Notes: a model not told the origin generated them from the letters alone. A stretch of DNA of 64,000 bases from Alphaproteobacteria bacterium (GCA_964291675.2 OZ219866.1:3200001-3264000); one strand, 5' to 3'. Shown: positions 48,742-59,042, counted from the first letter of the stretch. A program made the numbers and translations.

Positions 48742-51534
48742 TTAGGCGACTCTGTTGCAAACAGACGGTTCCCGGCTGATTGCGGCCCGCCATTTCGCCA
48801 CTTGTAAGCCGTTTAGGCGCGCAACACGGGCGGCGGCCGAATCGATTTCGATTCGCGCCGGGTCGTCAGCCATGTTTGGCAACGGCTCCAGCCTCGCTTT
48901 TCTGGTTCTCTCGAAGGCGTCAATGAGCGGCTGCAAATCAACCGATTTCGGATTGGGGCATGGAAGGGCGCGCAAGTTTTCAAGAGGAAATGCCGGATAG
49001 GTCAGTTCTTTCGTCCGGCGAGCCAAAAGACCTAATATGCCCGGCGTTGAGTTGAGCCATGCAGCCCATGCCTTTTCGGTTTGCGCCGTGCCTCCATCTA
49101 TAGGGGTGATGGGGCACCATGCGCTTCTAAGTGCCATCTCTCCGGTCCAGACCGCAGTCGTCCGAACAAGATTGATGCGCATTTTGTTGCCGACGAGCAG
49201 CCGTCCGGCCTTCGGCCACAATCGGCGCTCGGCATACCGTTCCTTGCCCTCCCTGGGCCGCATACGGCGATCCGGCGTTGTCTCGATAGACTGCTGCCGA
49301 TCGGTCTCATGCCGCCATAGCAGGGCATATTCGCCGGTCATGCTTTCATCGCTGGGGAACGCATCACGGATTCGCCGACCTTCCGGCCCTACATGCGCCA
49401 TGTCGCGCAACGGGCGAAGCCGGTCCCCCATGAGCGCCTCTATTTCGTCAATCGCCTCGATCAGTTCGGCGTCGTAGAACAGGGCGGCAATCCAGTCGCC
49501 GCGCTTCATCCGGGCGGCGGGCCACACGGTCTCCCGTCCCCACTCCGCCAGATCGCCGTTGTCCCGCAAGCAGCTTTCCAGTGCCAGCGCCTCGGCCTTG
49601 TTCGTCGGGTTGCGGTGAAGCTGAATGAAGCGCGTCGGCTTCGCTTCGTCCCTGGCGGCCGTCGCAACGATCATGCTTTCGTGAATCCTGGTATTCCCCG
49701 AGAAATAGATCCGCGTTGGATCGTGTGCTGTTATGACGGTCTCGATTTGGAAGCGCGTCGCCAGCAGTTCGCGCTCCGCCTGCCCGGAAGGCGCAGTCAT
49801 GGCGGTTGTGGGAAGAACCGTCGCCAGCGTCCGCGCTCCGGTTTTCAGTATCTTGTCGGCCAAGGGAGTGAAGAATGTTCGCGCACTGGTCTGGTCTATG
49901 CCTTTGGCGGCGTCCTTGTCCTGCGCCTCAAGCCGCTCAGCTATATCCTGTTCGCGCTTCTGCACCTGTCTCCGCGCCTCCGGCGTGAGTTGCCGGTTGC
50001 GAATGTCGTTCCGCGTAAAGGGTGGGTTCATTATCACCAAGTCAAACGGATCCGAAATGTCCTTCCCAAATTGCTCACCTTCGCTACGGCCAGTTTCAAT
50101 TTCCTCCTCTGCCTTCGGACGGCCCAAATCCAGCGCCAGTTCGCCGGGGCTGTCCTGCAACAGCAGTTCAAGGGACCCTGCCCATGCGCGCTCGGCGTCA
50201 CCATCTGGGAGCACTCCGTGCTTCGCCGTATAGAGCGGCATTCGGTGATAATCGACGCGCGGCGAACTGAGTGTGAGATTGCAGGCCGCGAGCTGTACGG
50301 CGTGGCGGTTGATGTCGAGGCCATGCAACACCCGCTGGACCATCTCGAGATGCACCATCTCAATCGATGTGCGGTCGTTGGTGGTCGCGCTATGAAGGTC
50401 GCGGACGGCGTGTTGTGCGGCCAGCAACAGCGTTCCGGTCCCGCAAGCCGGGTCGATGATCCGTAGCCGTGCGATTGCCTCGGGATCGCGCCAGTCGCAA
50501 TCCACATGTGAAAGGGCAAGGCGTGCGAGCAACATGGCGGCTGGCGGGGTCGTATAGAACGATCCGTCATACCGCGCACTTTCGAGCAATCGGTGGTAGA
50601 TCGGCCCCGCAACGTCGTATTCCAAGGCCCCGAGGGCGTGTGCGCAAGAGTCCGCAGCGCAGCGCAGCGTTTCGAGAACCCACTCGGTTTCCACTTCGTC
50701 AGGAAGCGCGAGCAAACAGGCGAGAGCCGGTTCAAATATCGGCTTGTAATCGACGGCAAGGATTTGCTCCCATCGTCTCGTCAACAGGCTCTTCGCCGTC
50801 TCGTTCGGCGTTGCCTGTGGAAGCGGAACATCTGACCAGATTGCTTCGAGTCGCCGGTCAAGAAGACAACCGTTAGCGAGCATCACGGACGCTATACGCA
50901 GAACCCTGTCATCGCCTGCTTTCGGCGGCTGCATGTTGAGAGCCAAGGCGAGCAACTCGGTAGCCGCCTCGCGGTGGCTCACCCAGATATTCGCGGACTC
51001 CACGATGATCCCTGTCAGCAGGGTTTCTATGTCGCCGCGGCGATCGGAAACGTTACGGATTTCCGTCGCAAGGGTTGCCGCCCCTCCTCGGCGCCATGCT
51101 TCGCCGCCCGCGCCGGCGAACACCCACTCCAGCCCCTGCGTTTGGCGCAAACAGGATGCTATTTCGGGAGGCGTGAGATCGCCCCTGATCTCATCTGGGT
51201 AGCAAAGAGCGAGAGCAAGCCGCTTCGGTGCGTTCTGTGGCTGATCCTTCGTCCACCGGCGCGCTTGCTCGGACGCTTCTCGTTTCGCCTTGTCGCTAGT
51301 CCCGAATTTCGCTTCGCCGAATATCGTGTGAGGGCAATCGAGAGTCGGACGAATTGTCAGGTCCGGCGTCTTGCTCCGCCCGTGGACACGCTGTTCAGGG
51401 ACCGTCCGGAGATTGTGGTCTTCGGTCAATACCCCGGCAAGGATCGTGTTAATTGCCTCTTCCCGGCTTCCCTTGGCCGCCCCAGACTGCCCCTGTCTCA
51501 GCCTATCCCGGTTTTCGCCGTCCGTCTCGACCAT
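48742..51534 (-). CDS. Type IIG-like fused restriction endonuclease / N6-adenine methyltransferase
   Basis: N-terminal PDLTI...EAK (PD-(D/E)xK), FYTT, IDPACGTGTLL, VIMNPPF and a C-terminal TRD-like region. Confidence 0.87.
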   Translation of the reverse strand: MVETDGENRDRLRQGQSGAAKGSREEAINTILAGVLTEDHNLRTVPEQRVHGRSKTPDLTIRPTLDCPHTIFGEAKFGTSDKAKREASEQARRWTKDQPQNAPKRLALALCYPDEIRGDLTPPEIASCLRQTQGLEWVFAGAGGEAWRRGGAATLATEIRNVSDRRGDIETLLTGIIVESANIWVSHREAATELLALALNMQPPKAGDDRVLRIASVMLANGCLLDRRLEAIWSDVPLPQATPNETAKSLLTRRWEQILAVDYKPIFEPALACLLALPDEVETEWVLETLRCAADSCAHALGALEYDVAGPIYHRLLESARYDGSFYTTPPAAMLLARLALSHVDCDWRDPEAIARLRIIDPACGTGTLLLAAQHAVRDLHSATTNDRTSIEMVHLEMVQRVLHGLDINRHAVQLAACNLTLSSPRVDYHRMPLYTAKHGVLPDGDAERAWAGSLELLLQDSPGELALDLGRPKAEEEIETGRSEGEQFGKDISDPFDLVIMNPPFTRNDIRNRQLTPEARRQVQKREQDIAERLEAQDKDAAKGIDQTSARTFFTPLADKILKTGARTLATVLPTTAMTAPSGQAERELLATRFQIETVITAHDPTRIYFSGNTRIHESMIVATAARDEAKPTRFIQLHRNPTNKAEALALESCLRDNGDLAEWGRETVWPAARMKRGDWIAALFYDAELIEAIDEIEALMGDRLRPLRDMAHVGPEGRRIRDAFPSDESMTGEYALLWRHETDRQQSIETTPDRRMRPREGKERYAERRLWPKAGRLLVGNKMRINLVRTTAVWTGEMALRSAWCPITPIDGGTAQTEKAWAAWLNSTPGILGLLARRTKELTYPAFPLENLRALPCPNPKSVDLQPLIDAFERTRKARLEPLPNMADDPARIEIDSAAARVARLNGLQVAKWRAAISREPSVCNRVA

Positions 51535-51961
51535 CGCGCCCCTCCCGTGGTAGGAAGGGCGGACGCTACCGGCCTACGGATATTTAGGCAAGTATATAAT
51601 TCCCGAATTCTTCCCGCGCACAGCTAGAGATCCCGGCCGATGAGGAGGAGGGACCGCAATGCCCGTGAGCGTGAGCACGATAATCGGTGAGAGGACTTCA
51701 CGGCATTCGATGGACTCCGGGGCCGGTATGGGCGGCAATCGCAAAGCGGTCATTAGCAGCGTGATCGAGTACCCGACACCGCACCATGGCGAGCTACACC
51801 CATCTCGCGTGCAAATTCTGGCCGCATTTGACGGAGATTCCGGCGTTATTTGACGGTCCGGGTCCGGTTTTCAGCCGGCCCTGAGGATCGTCGGCGTGGC
51901 CAGCACTCTGGATTAAAGGGCACGATTAGGCCCAGACCTGGGCCGGGATTGAGGATCTTCT

Positions 51962-52549
51962 TTAGTAACTGCCAGACAGGTCTTTCGGCCACAGCCGGTA
52001 AAGATCAGAGCTGCGCACGCGCAATCCGGTGTAGCCGATTGGCTCCTCGGTCTCTGCAAGAGGATCTGTCACCACCGCTTCATCAATGAGATCGAACCGC
52101 ACTCCTTGGGGCGATGCCGGGTTCTTCGGGACAAATATTCTGATCGGTTTGAGACGTCTACATTGCCGGAGAGAAAGACGTTTGGGCATGCCTCTCTCGC
52201 CTTTGGTCCCGATGACTGGAAGCTTGCCGGTGCACATCGCCTTGTGAAGCACCTCAAAGGCGTGACGGTCGGCCCCATCTCGGTAGGAATGGGGGAACGT
52301 CCGAACGTAATGGTCGACGGCTTCTCGGATCGGCATGTCGAATGAGTGGAGGTCCTTGGCGGGAATCTTCCATTTCTGAAAGCCCAGCCGAATTTCATTC
52401 CGATATGTCGCCAGCAGCCAAAAGAACGCGAGCGCTCCGGCTACAAGCCACCAAGTGCCAGCAGAGACATTCGGCCACGCCATTTCTGCTCCCTGTTCCA
52501 AGCAGAAAATGACGGCCGCCCCGACGAGCAAGCTGAACGCTTTTGGCAT
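51962..52549 (-). CDS. Hypothetical membrane protein
   Basis: Two N-terminal hydrophobic segments; 195 aa. Confidence 0.65.
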   Translation of the reverse strand: MPKAFSLLVGAAVIFCLEQGAEMAWPNVSAGTWWLVAGALAFFWLLATYRNEIRLGFQKWKIPAKDLHSFDMPIREAVDHYVRTFPHSYRDGADRHAFEVLHKAMCTGKLPVIGTKGERGMPKRLSLRQCRRLKPIRIFVPKNPASPQGVRFDLIDEAVVTDPLAETEEPIGYTGLRVRSSDLYRLWPKDLSGSY

Positions 52550-52789
52550 CTGCCCCTTCTGTCAGCGAGAGCATCAAGCGTCAACTCTGAGCTTGGCGGT
52601 GCCGATGAGCGTGTACATCGCCGCCGCGCGCACGGCCGCCTCGGTCCGAGCCGGTGAACAGCCACGACTTCCCGGCCAAAGCGATCGTGCATTCATTCTG
52701 CCCATATCGGGCAGGATTGCGTCATCCACTACCGCTGGCACGCACTGTTCGGCCGTTGAGTACGCTCTGAAGCTATCGAACAGCGTGCC

Positions 52790-52890
52790 GACGCTCCATC
52801 GCCTCCGTCGAGGTAGAGCCGGGGCTGGTCATCAAGATAATCGCCGGATCGATCCCGCGAATGGCGGAACAGCGCCGCCGGCGGGTCCGG
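52790..52890 (-). pseudogene. Distal fragment of IS66 tnpC
   Basis: PDPPAALFRHSRDRSGD continues in frame from ...VRDDAPFGGPD at 57300. Confidence 0.75.
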
Positions 52891-53216
52891 TGAGCGCGCG
52901 CACGTTGTTTGATGGTGCGGATTTCGCGTTATTCGATGGGGATCGTCTGCCGTTTGCAGGAAGGCCGGGCGGGGAGTGTCGCGAGGCCGTCGGCGCTTCA
53001 AGCCGCTTCGCGGCTCCTTCGCTCCGCTACGGCCCTTCGGGTGACCCGCCGCCGTCCCCGCGCCAGAGGGCTGCCATGGCCGTAAGCAGAGCTTTCGGCC
53101 ATTGGCCGATCGCTTCAGGCAGTTTCGTGGGGCATTGTGCGCTGGTGTTCCCGTTCCCGTTCCCTGCAACGCTTAAGGGTTCGCCGGAACGGGAACGGGA
53201 AGAGGGGCTGCTTCGC

Positions 53217-54206
53217 CTACGGGTTGTGGCTGTCCGTCGGGTTGTCGGCTTGGTTCGCCGCGGTTCCGAGGAAGCGGTAGCGACCTCCCGTCCCGCGCTC
53301 GACCCGTCCCTCGCGCACAAGCCCGTGCAGTGCCGCGGAGACAGTCGCGTTGCGTACCCCGGCGCGTTTTCGGATCTCGGACTGCACGAGTGGGGATTCG
53401 GCTGTCGCGAGCACCTGGGCGATCCGCTGTTCGGCGCTGTCCGGCTGCGGCGGAGCCTGGTGAGGTCCTGTCCGCCGGAGCTGCAGCGCTGGTCCTTCGC
53501 CGTCATCGGCAAGCTCGATCTCGATATTGTTGAGGCCGGGTGCGGCGCGATGCTCGGCGGTCATGACGATCTGCCCGTCGCGCCGGCGCAGGTAGAGATT
53601 GCTGTCGCCCCAGGCATGCAGCTCGCTGCTGCCGCGCAGCGCCTGGCCGGGGCGGCTGGCGCCACTCTTGCGAGCGTGGTGGACGAGCAGCACAGCGGTC
53701 CCGAAGCGGCGCTGCAGGTCGCGCAGGAAGCCGAGGATGGGAGCGACTTCCGCAACCGCGTTCTCGTCGACGCCATGCAGGCGGACCAGGGGATCGAGGA
53801 CGAGGAGGCGCGGTCCGATCCGTTCGACGGTCTCCAGCAGCCGCTGCCGGTCGAGGCGATGATCGAGGCGGAGCGTGGGCACGTCGATGACGGCGATGTC
53901 GAGGGCCTCGAAGTCGGCGCCGGCGGCCCGGGCGATGCCCTTGAGGCGGTCGCGCACGATGTGACCGGCGTCCTCGGCGGCGAAGAGCAACACGGTGCCG
54001 CTTGCCGCGGGGCGGAAGTGGCGCAGGCAGGGCACTCCTGCAGCCACCGCGACGGCGAGGTCCAGCGCGAGGAAGGACTTGCCGCACTTGGGCTCGCCGC
54101 CGACGATGCCGACCCCCTGTTCGCTCCACAGGGCATCGACCAGCCACTGCCGCTCCCGCGGCCGCTCCTCGAGTTCGGCCGGTGGCCGTGTCGGGAAGCC
54201 GGTCAT
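53217..54206 (-). CDS. RecA/RepA-like (AAA_25) ATPase with C-terminal winged HTH
   Basis: GEPKCGKS, FAAED, LLVLDP, LVHHARK and LRGSSEL. Confidence 0.88.
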   Translation of the reverse strand: MTGFPTRPPAELEERPRERQWLVDALWSEQGVGIVGGEPKCGKSFLALDLAVAVAAGVPCLRHFRPAASGTVLLFAAEDAGHIVRDRLKGIARAAGADFEALDIAVIDVPTLRLDHRLDRQRLLETVERIGPRLLVLDPLVRLHGVDENAVAEVAPILGFLRDLQRRFGTAVLLVHHARKSGASRPGQALRGSSELHAWGDSNLYLRRRDGQIVMTAEHRAAPGLNNIEIELADDGEGPALQLRRTGPHQAPPQPDSAEQRIAQVLATAESPLVQSEIRKRAGVRNATVSAALHGLVREGRVERGTGGRYRFLGTAANQADNPTDSHNP

Positions 54207-55036
54207 CGCCGGGCCCGCCTGGCTGGCGGTGCCTCGCCGAGGGTCTCGATGAAGAGCTTCTCGTCGAGCACCTCGCGATCCTTCTCGGCACCGGCTGCGA
54301 GCACGGCATCAGCCATGACGGTGAGTGCCCTGGGGTTTCCTGCGGCATGGGTGACGAGGGTGTCCCTGAGCCCGGCGGTCATCAGCGCCGGATTGCCGGC
54401 CTCTTCGAGCAGATGGTCGAGCAGGCCGGCCAGGTCGGCGTCCTCGGTCCGGGTCATCAGCAGACGCTGTCGGATACGCGAGGCGATGGGCTGCAGGTCG
54501 GGCTGGCGGAGCCGGTCGAGCAGGCGGTTGTCACCGGCGAAGACGACGGAGAGGATGGCGCGCGAGTCGAAGTCGGTCGACGCGAGCAGGCGGATCTCGG
54601 AGAACACCGAGGGCAGCAGTTCCTGGGCCTCGTCGATGAGCAACACCGGGCGCATGCGGGTGTCATCGAGATGCGCGAGCCAGCGCTGGCGCAGGTTTTT
54701 GAAGCTGGCCCAGCGATTGTTGTACAGCAGGTCGACGCCAAACAGCTCGCCGATCTCGCGGTAGAAGTCCGACAGTCTCGAGGACGGGTGGGTGATGGCG
54801 GCGACCCTGAGCCCGTCGCATCGCCCGAGCCGGTGGGCGAGCAGGCGCAGGGCAACGCTCTTTCCGGTTCCGGGCTCTCCGGCGATCAGTGCGAAGCCGC
54901 CGTGGCGCACGAGATGGCGTTCGATCCTGAGGCAGAAGCTGTCGACGGCGCCAGTCGCCATCAGGCTGTCGACCGGGAGGTCAGGGGCGAACGGGTTCCA
55001 CTTGAGCCCGTACAGGGTGAGGTGTTCGCGGTTCAT
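54203..55036 (-). CDS. ExeA/TniB-like AAA+ transposition ATPase
   Basis: YGLKWNPF, GEPGTGKS, LLIDEAQ and GNPR. Confidence 0.88.
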   Translation of the reverse strand: MNREHLTLYGLKWNPFAPDLPVDSLMATGAVDSFCLRIERHLVRHGGFALIAGEPGTGKSVALRLLAHRLGRCDGLRVAAITHPSSRLSDFYREIGELFGVDLLYNNRWASFKNLRQRWLAHLDDTRMRPVLLIDEAQELLPSVFSEIRLLASTDFDSRAILSVVFAGDNRLLDRLRQPDLQPIASRIRQRLLMTRTEDADLAGLLDHLLEEAGNPALMTAGLRDTLVTHAAGNPRALTVMADAVLAAGAEKDREVLDEKLFIETLGEAPPARRARR

Positions 55037-56490
55037 CAGCGTTCTCCATCATCGCGGGTGTCATCGAAGGCAAGCCATGCCGGCGGCAGGCCGGTTGCAG
55101 CCTGCGCGTCGAGCATGCTCTTGAGCAGCGGCGGCAGTCCGCCTGTCCCCTCGCCGCCCTTGCCATCGTCGTCGCCGGGGCCGATGGGACGGCGCACACC
55201 ATCGGCGTTGCCGCGCTTGTCGAGGGGATAGAGCGTGCACAGCCGTTCGCCGCCCCGGCCGTCGACCAGATCGACGCTGCTGAGGTCCCAGCGCGCATAG
55301 CGGACCCAGGCCTCGCGCAGGTGGCGCCACGGCGGCGGTATCTGGTAGCGGATGTTCTCGACCGAGACGGTGCCGTCCGAGCGCCGGAGCATGCGCTTCC
55401 TCGTGATGCGGAAGGCCGCCTTGAGCTCGGCCGCGCCGGGGCAGGGCCGCGATGCGTCGACGCTCCCGGCGAGGCGCCGATGCGGCGACATGCCGAGTTC
55501 GCGGTGCTCGCGGCGGTGATAGTCCTGCTCCAGCCAGGCGACGGTGGCGTCGTTGAGCATCTTCAGGGTGAGCGCGTCGACGCCTTCGAGCTGGGCCATC
55601 AGGCGTGATTCGACCGTGCCCCAGAAAGTCTCGATCTTTCCATTTTGATGCGGGCTGTACGCGAGCGTCGTGACCCCCGCGATGCCGAGCCGGAGCAACC
55701 CTTCCTCGACCTCGCCGGCGGTCATCGCCGAGCCGTTGTCGGTCAGCAGGGACCGCGGCAGGCCCCGCTTCATCAACGCCTGGCACAGCCCATGGACGAA
55801 GACCTCTGCGGTCTCGGCGAGATACCACTGAAGGTGGCAGCCGAGCCGGGAGTGGTCGTCGAGAAAGCCCAGAAGGATCGGCGTCTTCCACTCGCCCGAG
55901 GCCGTCAGCACACGACACTTGGCGGTATGCATATCGCTGTGCCACAGGGCGTGGCTGCGCGTGACCTCGTAGCTCAGTACCTCGCGGGCCTGGACAGGCG
56001 GCCGCGCCTCGCTCTCGTGCCACTTGCGCCGGCGCTTGCGCACCAGCCCGCGAGCCCGCATCGCCCGGGTGAGCGTCGCATAGGACGGCATCGGGCCGAG
56101 CGCCGGATCGGCCGCGACCAGCGCCGCCAGGTTCTCATGGTGCAGCTGTGCCGACCACGACGGATGCGCCCGGTACTGATCGCGCAACACCTCGATCAGT
56201 GCCGCCGATATCGCCCGTTCGCGGCCGATGTCGGCCCGTGGCTTTCGGCGAAGCGCCTTGACCGGGTCCTGCTCCTGCGCCCGCGCCTGGTAGTACCAGC
56301 GCTCGATCGTGGAGGCCGAGAAGCGCACCGGCCCCTTGCCGGACGGATGTTCCCACTCGCGTCCGGCCAGCCGCTCCAGCTCGGCCCGCAGCTTCCCCTT
56401 CGGCGGCGGCGAGGCCAGAAGCGGCCCGACCACCGCGAAGCGCAGCCGCGCCCACCGGTCGCGACGCTCGCTCCCGTCGTTGCTGTCCAT
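55036..56490 (-). CDS. DDE integrase/transposase (rve plus Mu-like C-terminus)
   Basis: LWHSD, LDDHSR, TDNGS and NGKIETFW. Confidence 0.92.
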   Translation of the reverse strand: MDSNDGSERRDRWARLRFAVVGPLLASPPPKGKLRAELERLAGREWEHPSGKGPVRFSASTIERWYYQARAQEQDPVKALRRKPRADIGRERAISAALIEVLRDQYRAHPSWSAQLHHENLAALVAADPALGPMPSYATLTRAMRARGLVRKRRRKWHESEARPPVQAREVLSYEVTRSHALWHSDMHTAKCRVLTASGEWKTPILLGFLDDHSRLGCHLQWYLAETAEVFVHGLCQALMKRGLPRSLLTDNGSAMTAGEVEEGLLRLGIAGVTTLAYSPHQNGKIETFWGTVESRLMAQLEGVDALTLKMLNDATVAWLEQDYHRREHRELGMSPHRRLAGSVDASRPCPGAAELKAAFRITRKRMLRRSDGTVSVENIRYQIPPPWRHLREAWVRYARWDLSSVDLVDGRGGERLCTLYPLDKRGNADGVRRPIGPGDDDGKGGEGTGGLPPLLKSMLDAQAATGLPPAWLAFDDTRDDGER

Positions 56491-56539
56491 CCCGGCATCC
56501 CTCCCTCGCCCTGTTGGGGAGATGCCGGTGTAAGAGCCC

Positions 56540-57154
56540 CTATCCGTTCATGACAGAAACGCTTTCTGCGGGCGAAGCCGGCCCGGCGCCGAGCGCGCAA
56601 GAACCGGTCCACGGCATCAGCCAGACCAGGCTCCGCAGCAGCCGCGCCCGCAGGCCCCGGCCCCGCATCAGGCGCAGCAGCCGGCGCACAGGCGCTTCCC
56701 CGGCCGGTGTCGCCAGCTCGCCCCGCTTCGCCGCCCACTCCGGGGTCGCCGGGAAGGCGTCCAGCCACCAGCGACGCCAGCGCTTCAGCGTCGAGACCGG
56801 AACCCCACAGCGCCGCGCGATCGTCTGCAACCGCACCCCGCCGGTCAGCGCCAGTGCGCTCACCAGCAGGAACAGCGCACCGACGTAGAACCTCCGACCG
56901 AAGAAACGCACCGAGGCAGGACGCACCCGGCGCCTGCACACCGAACAGCACAGGCTGAAGCGCCGCACATCGTCCCGAAGATCCGCCGCCAGACCGTACG
57001 GCTTGCGAGGGTAGGCCGCGCTGTGAAGCGTCCCGCCGCAGTGAGGACAGCCCACCGCACGGCAGGCCTCCGCCTCGGCTGCGTCGACCTGCTTCAGAAA
57101 GTCCCAAACCCGGGCGTTGCAGAGGATGGAGTGACGGAACAGCTTGTGCGACAT
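56540..57154 (-). CDS. Zinc-ribbon/HTH accessory protein of the transposon (DUF6431-like)
   Basis: CPHCGG...YPRKP...CCSVCRRR..P.SVRF, then HTH-like VPVSTLKRWRRWW. Confidence 0.75.
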   Translation of the reverse strand: MSHKLFRHSILCNARVWDFLKQVDAAEAEACRAVGCPHCGGTLHSAAYPRKPYGLAADLRDDVRRFSLCCSVCRRRVRPASVRFFGRRFYVGALFLLVSALALTGGVRLQTIARRCGVPVSTLKRWRRWWLDAFPATPEWAAKRGELATPAGEAPVRRLLRLMRGRGLRARLLRSLVWLMPWTGSCALGAGPASPAESVSVMNG

Positions 57155-57299
57155 TGGGGCGTCTCAGTTGATGTAGCTGTCACCGAGACAAGCCCTCCGG
57201 CGGCCTTCTTGCAAGATCGCCGGGGGGCACCTTCCCCAAAACCTCGATTAATCCAAGCGGATCAGCCCCCAATCCCCGCTGAAAGCCTGCGCCTGCTCA

Positions 57300-58141
57300 T
57301 CCGGACCGCCGAACGGCGCATCGTCGCGCACATAGACCCACGCCCGGCCGGTGGCGCACTTGCCCCTGGCCAGCACCGGCACCGGGGTATCGTCGCCGTG
57401 CAGCCGGTCCGCCGCCAGCACATGCGCCGCGATCAGGTCGTGCAAGGGTCGGAGCGCCACGGTGCAGGCGCCGACCTGGTCGGCCAGGGTCGACAGGCTG
57501 AGATCGACGCCTTCGCGCGCGTAACGGTCGCGCTGGCGGTTCAAAGGCTGATGCTGCCCATACTTCTCGAACAGGATCATCGCCAGCAGGTTGGGACCCG
57601 CCCAGCCCCGGGGCGTCGCATGAAACGGCGCCGGCGGCTGGCTGATCTTCTCGCAACGCCGGCAGGTGAACTTCTCGCGCACCGTCTGGATCACCTTCCA
57701 CCGGCGCGGGATCGCCTCCAGCGTCTCGGTGATGTCCTCGCCGATCTTCGACAGCTCCGCCGAGCCGCAGCACGCGCAGGATGTCGGCGCGGGCACCACC
57801 ACCCGCTCGCGCGGCAGCTGCGCAGGCAACGGCTTGCGGGCCGGCCTGCGCCGGGTGAACCCTTCAACCCGCGTGGTCTCCGCCGCCGCCTTCTCGGCCG
57901 CCAGCTCGTCCTCCGTCGCGCTCGCCTCGAGTTCGTCGAGCTGGAGTTCGAGTTGGTCGAGAAGACGCTGCTTGCGCTCCGAGCGAGAGCCGAAGAACTC
58001 GCGCCGGAGCTTCTCGATGGTCAGCTTCAGAAAGGCGATCTCGGCCTCGGCGTCGGACATCTTCGCCTCGGCGTTCGCGGCCCGCGCCTCCGCCGCCGCG
58101 AGGGCCGTCTTCAGGGCTGCGATGTCGGTCCCGTCGGGCAT
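57300..58141 (-). pseudogene. tnpC: IS66 transposase TnpC, interrupted
   Basis: FGSRSER, LPAQLPRERVV, KYGQHQPLNRQ and LHGDDTPVPVL. Cut at the transposon end. Confidence 0.9.
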
Positions 58142-58209
58142 CGGCGGGATCGAATCACAGCGCCCGATTCGCCGCTACAGCAATCCTGGCGGCCGACCCG
58201 CTTTGCCGC

Positions 58210-58557
58210 TCAGCCCGCGCGCGACGGTCGCCAGGCCTGGACCGGGTTCCGCCAATCGATCCCCTCAAGCAGGGAGCCGAGCTGCGCCGCGCCGATCGAC
58301 ACCGCGCCGCCCGACGTCACCGGCCACTGGAACCGGCCGCGTTCCAGGCGCTTGGCATAGAGCGAGGTCCCAACCCCGTCACTCCAGAGAATCTTGACGA
58401 GGTCGCCTTTGCGTCCGCGGAAAATATAGAGATCGCCCGCGTGAGGGTCGCGACCGAGATCCTCCTGGACCTGGAGCGCCAGCGTGTTCATGCCGCGCCG
58501 CATGTCCGTGACCCCGGTCGCCAGCCAGACACGGACGCCGCCAGGAACCGGGATCAT
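58210..58557 (-). CDS. tnpB: IS66 accessory protein TnpB
   Basis: VWLATGVTDMRRGMNTL and KRLERGRFQWP. Confidence 0.93.
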   Translation of the reverse strand: MIPVPGGVRVWLATGVTDMRRGMNTLALQVQEDLGRDPHAGDLYIFRGRKGDLVKILWSDGVGTSLYAKRLERGRFQWPVTSGGAVSIGAAQLGSLLEGIDWRNPVQAWRPSRAG

Positions 58558-58937
58558 CGCCGCGCCAGAACCGAAAGAACCCGCCCCAGAGCCGCGCCGT
58601 CCACCTCCCGGTCGACAATCACACGCGACCCGTCCGCCAGCGCGATCTCGATCCGCCCCGTCGTCGGCTCGGCGCCCGCACCGGCATCCTTCGGAGGCGA
58701 CAGCATGCGATCCGGCTCGACAACCACCGGCACGAAACCGCCTTGCTCGCGAAACTTCCGGCGCCAGTTGAAAACCAGGTTGGCGTTCAAATCATTGCGC
58801 CGAGCGACCAGCGCGACCGAAACCCCCGGCTGATAGCTCTCCGCAACGATCCGGCGCTTCGCCGCCTCGCTCCAGCGGCGCCGCGAAGCAGCCGGCCGTG
58901 CCGGCAACCGCACCCGCTTCTCCTCTGCATCCGACAT
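58554..58937 (-). CDS. tnpA: IS66 accessory protein TnpA (HTH_Tnp_1)
   Basis: RRRWSEAAKRRIVAES and VARRNDLNANLVFNWRR. Confidence 0.88.
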   Translation of the reverse strand: MSDAEEKRVRLPARPAASRRRWSEAAKRRIVAESYQPGVSVALVARRNDLNANLVFNWRRKFREQGGFVPVVVEPDRMLSPPKDAGAGAEPTTGRIEIALADGSRVIVDREVDGAALGRVLSVLARR

Positions 58938-59042
58938 CTGCGATCGTGTCCACTTGGTCCTCGGTGGACATTTCCCAAGTGTCCACTCCCGATCGCACAG
59001 CCTCACACGGTCACACTAATCCGGGAAGGCGGCCCTCGCCGG

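Larger units (their letters stand above)
47426..51604 (+). mobile_element. IS1595-family transporter IS carrying an R-M gene
   Basis: 24-bp TIRs GGGAATTATATACTTGACTAAATA and TATTTAGGCAAGTATATAATTCCC, 1 mismatch. Confidence 0.9.
52891..57299 (-). mobile_element. Mu/Tn7-like DDE transposon, 4409 bp, four genes
   Basis: TG...CA ends, imperfect TIR TGAGCGCGCGCA / TGAGCAGGCGCA, and a 5-bp TSD TCCGG (52886-52890, 57300-57304). Interrupts IS66 tnpC. Confidence 0.88.

Noticed and set aside
47418-51612. Target-site duplication for the R-M-carrying IS1595
   Set aside because: The flanks CAAATTTT and GAATTCTT do not match.
52455-54764. 769-aa + strand ORF
   Set aside because: It is antisense to the ATPase genes and crosses the transposon boundary.
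58210-58557. tnpB as an RNA-guided nuclease
   Set aside because: This is the 115-aa IS66 accessory TnpB, unrelated to IS200/605 TnpB, and it has no RuvC motifs.
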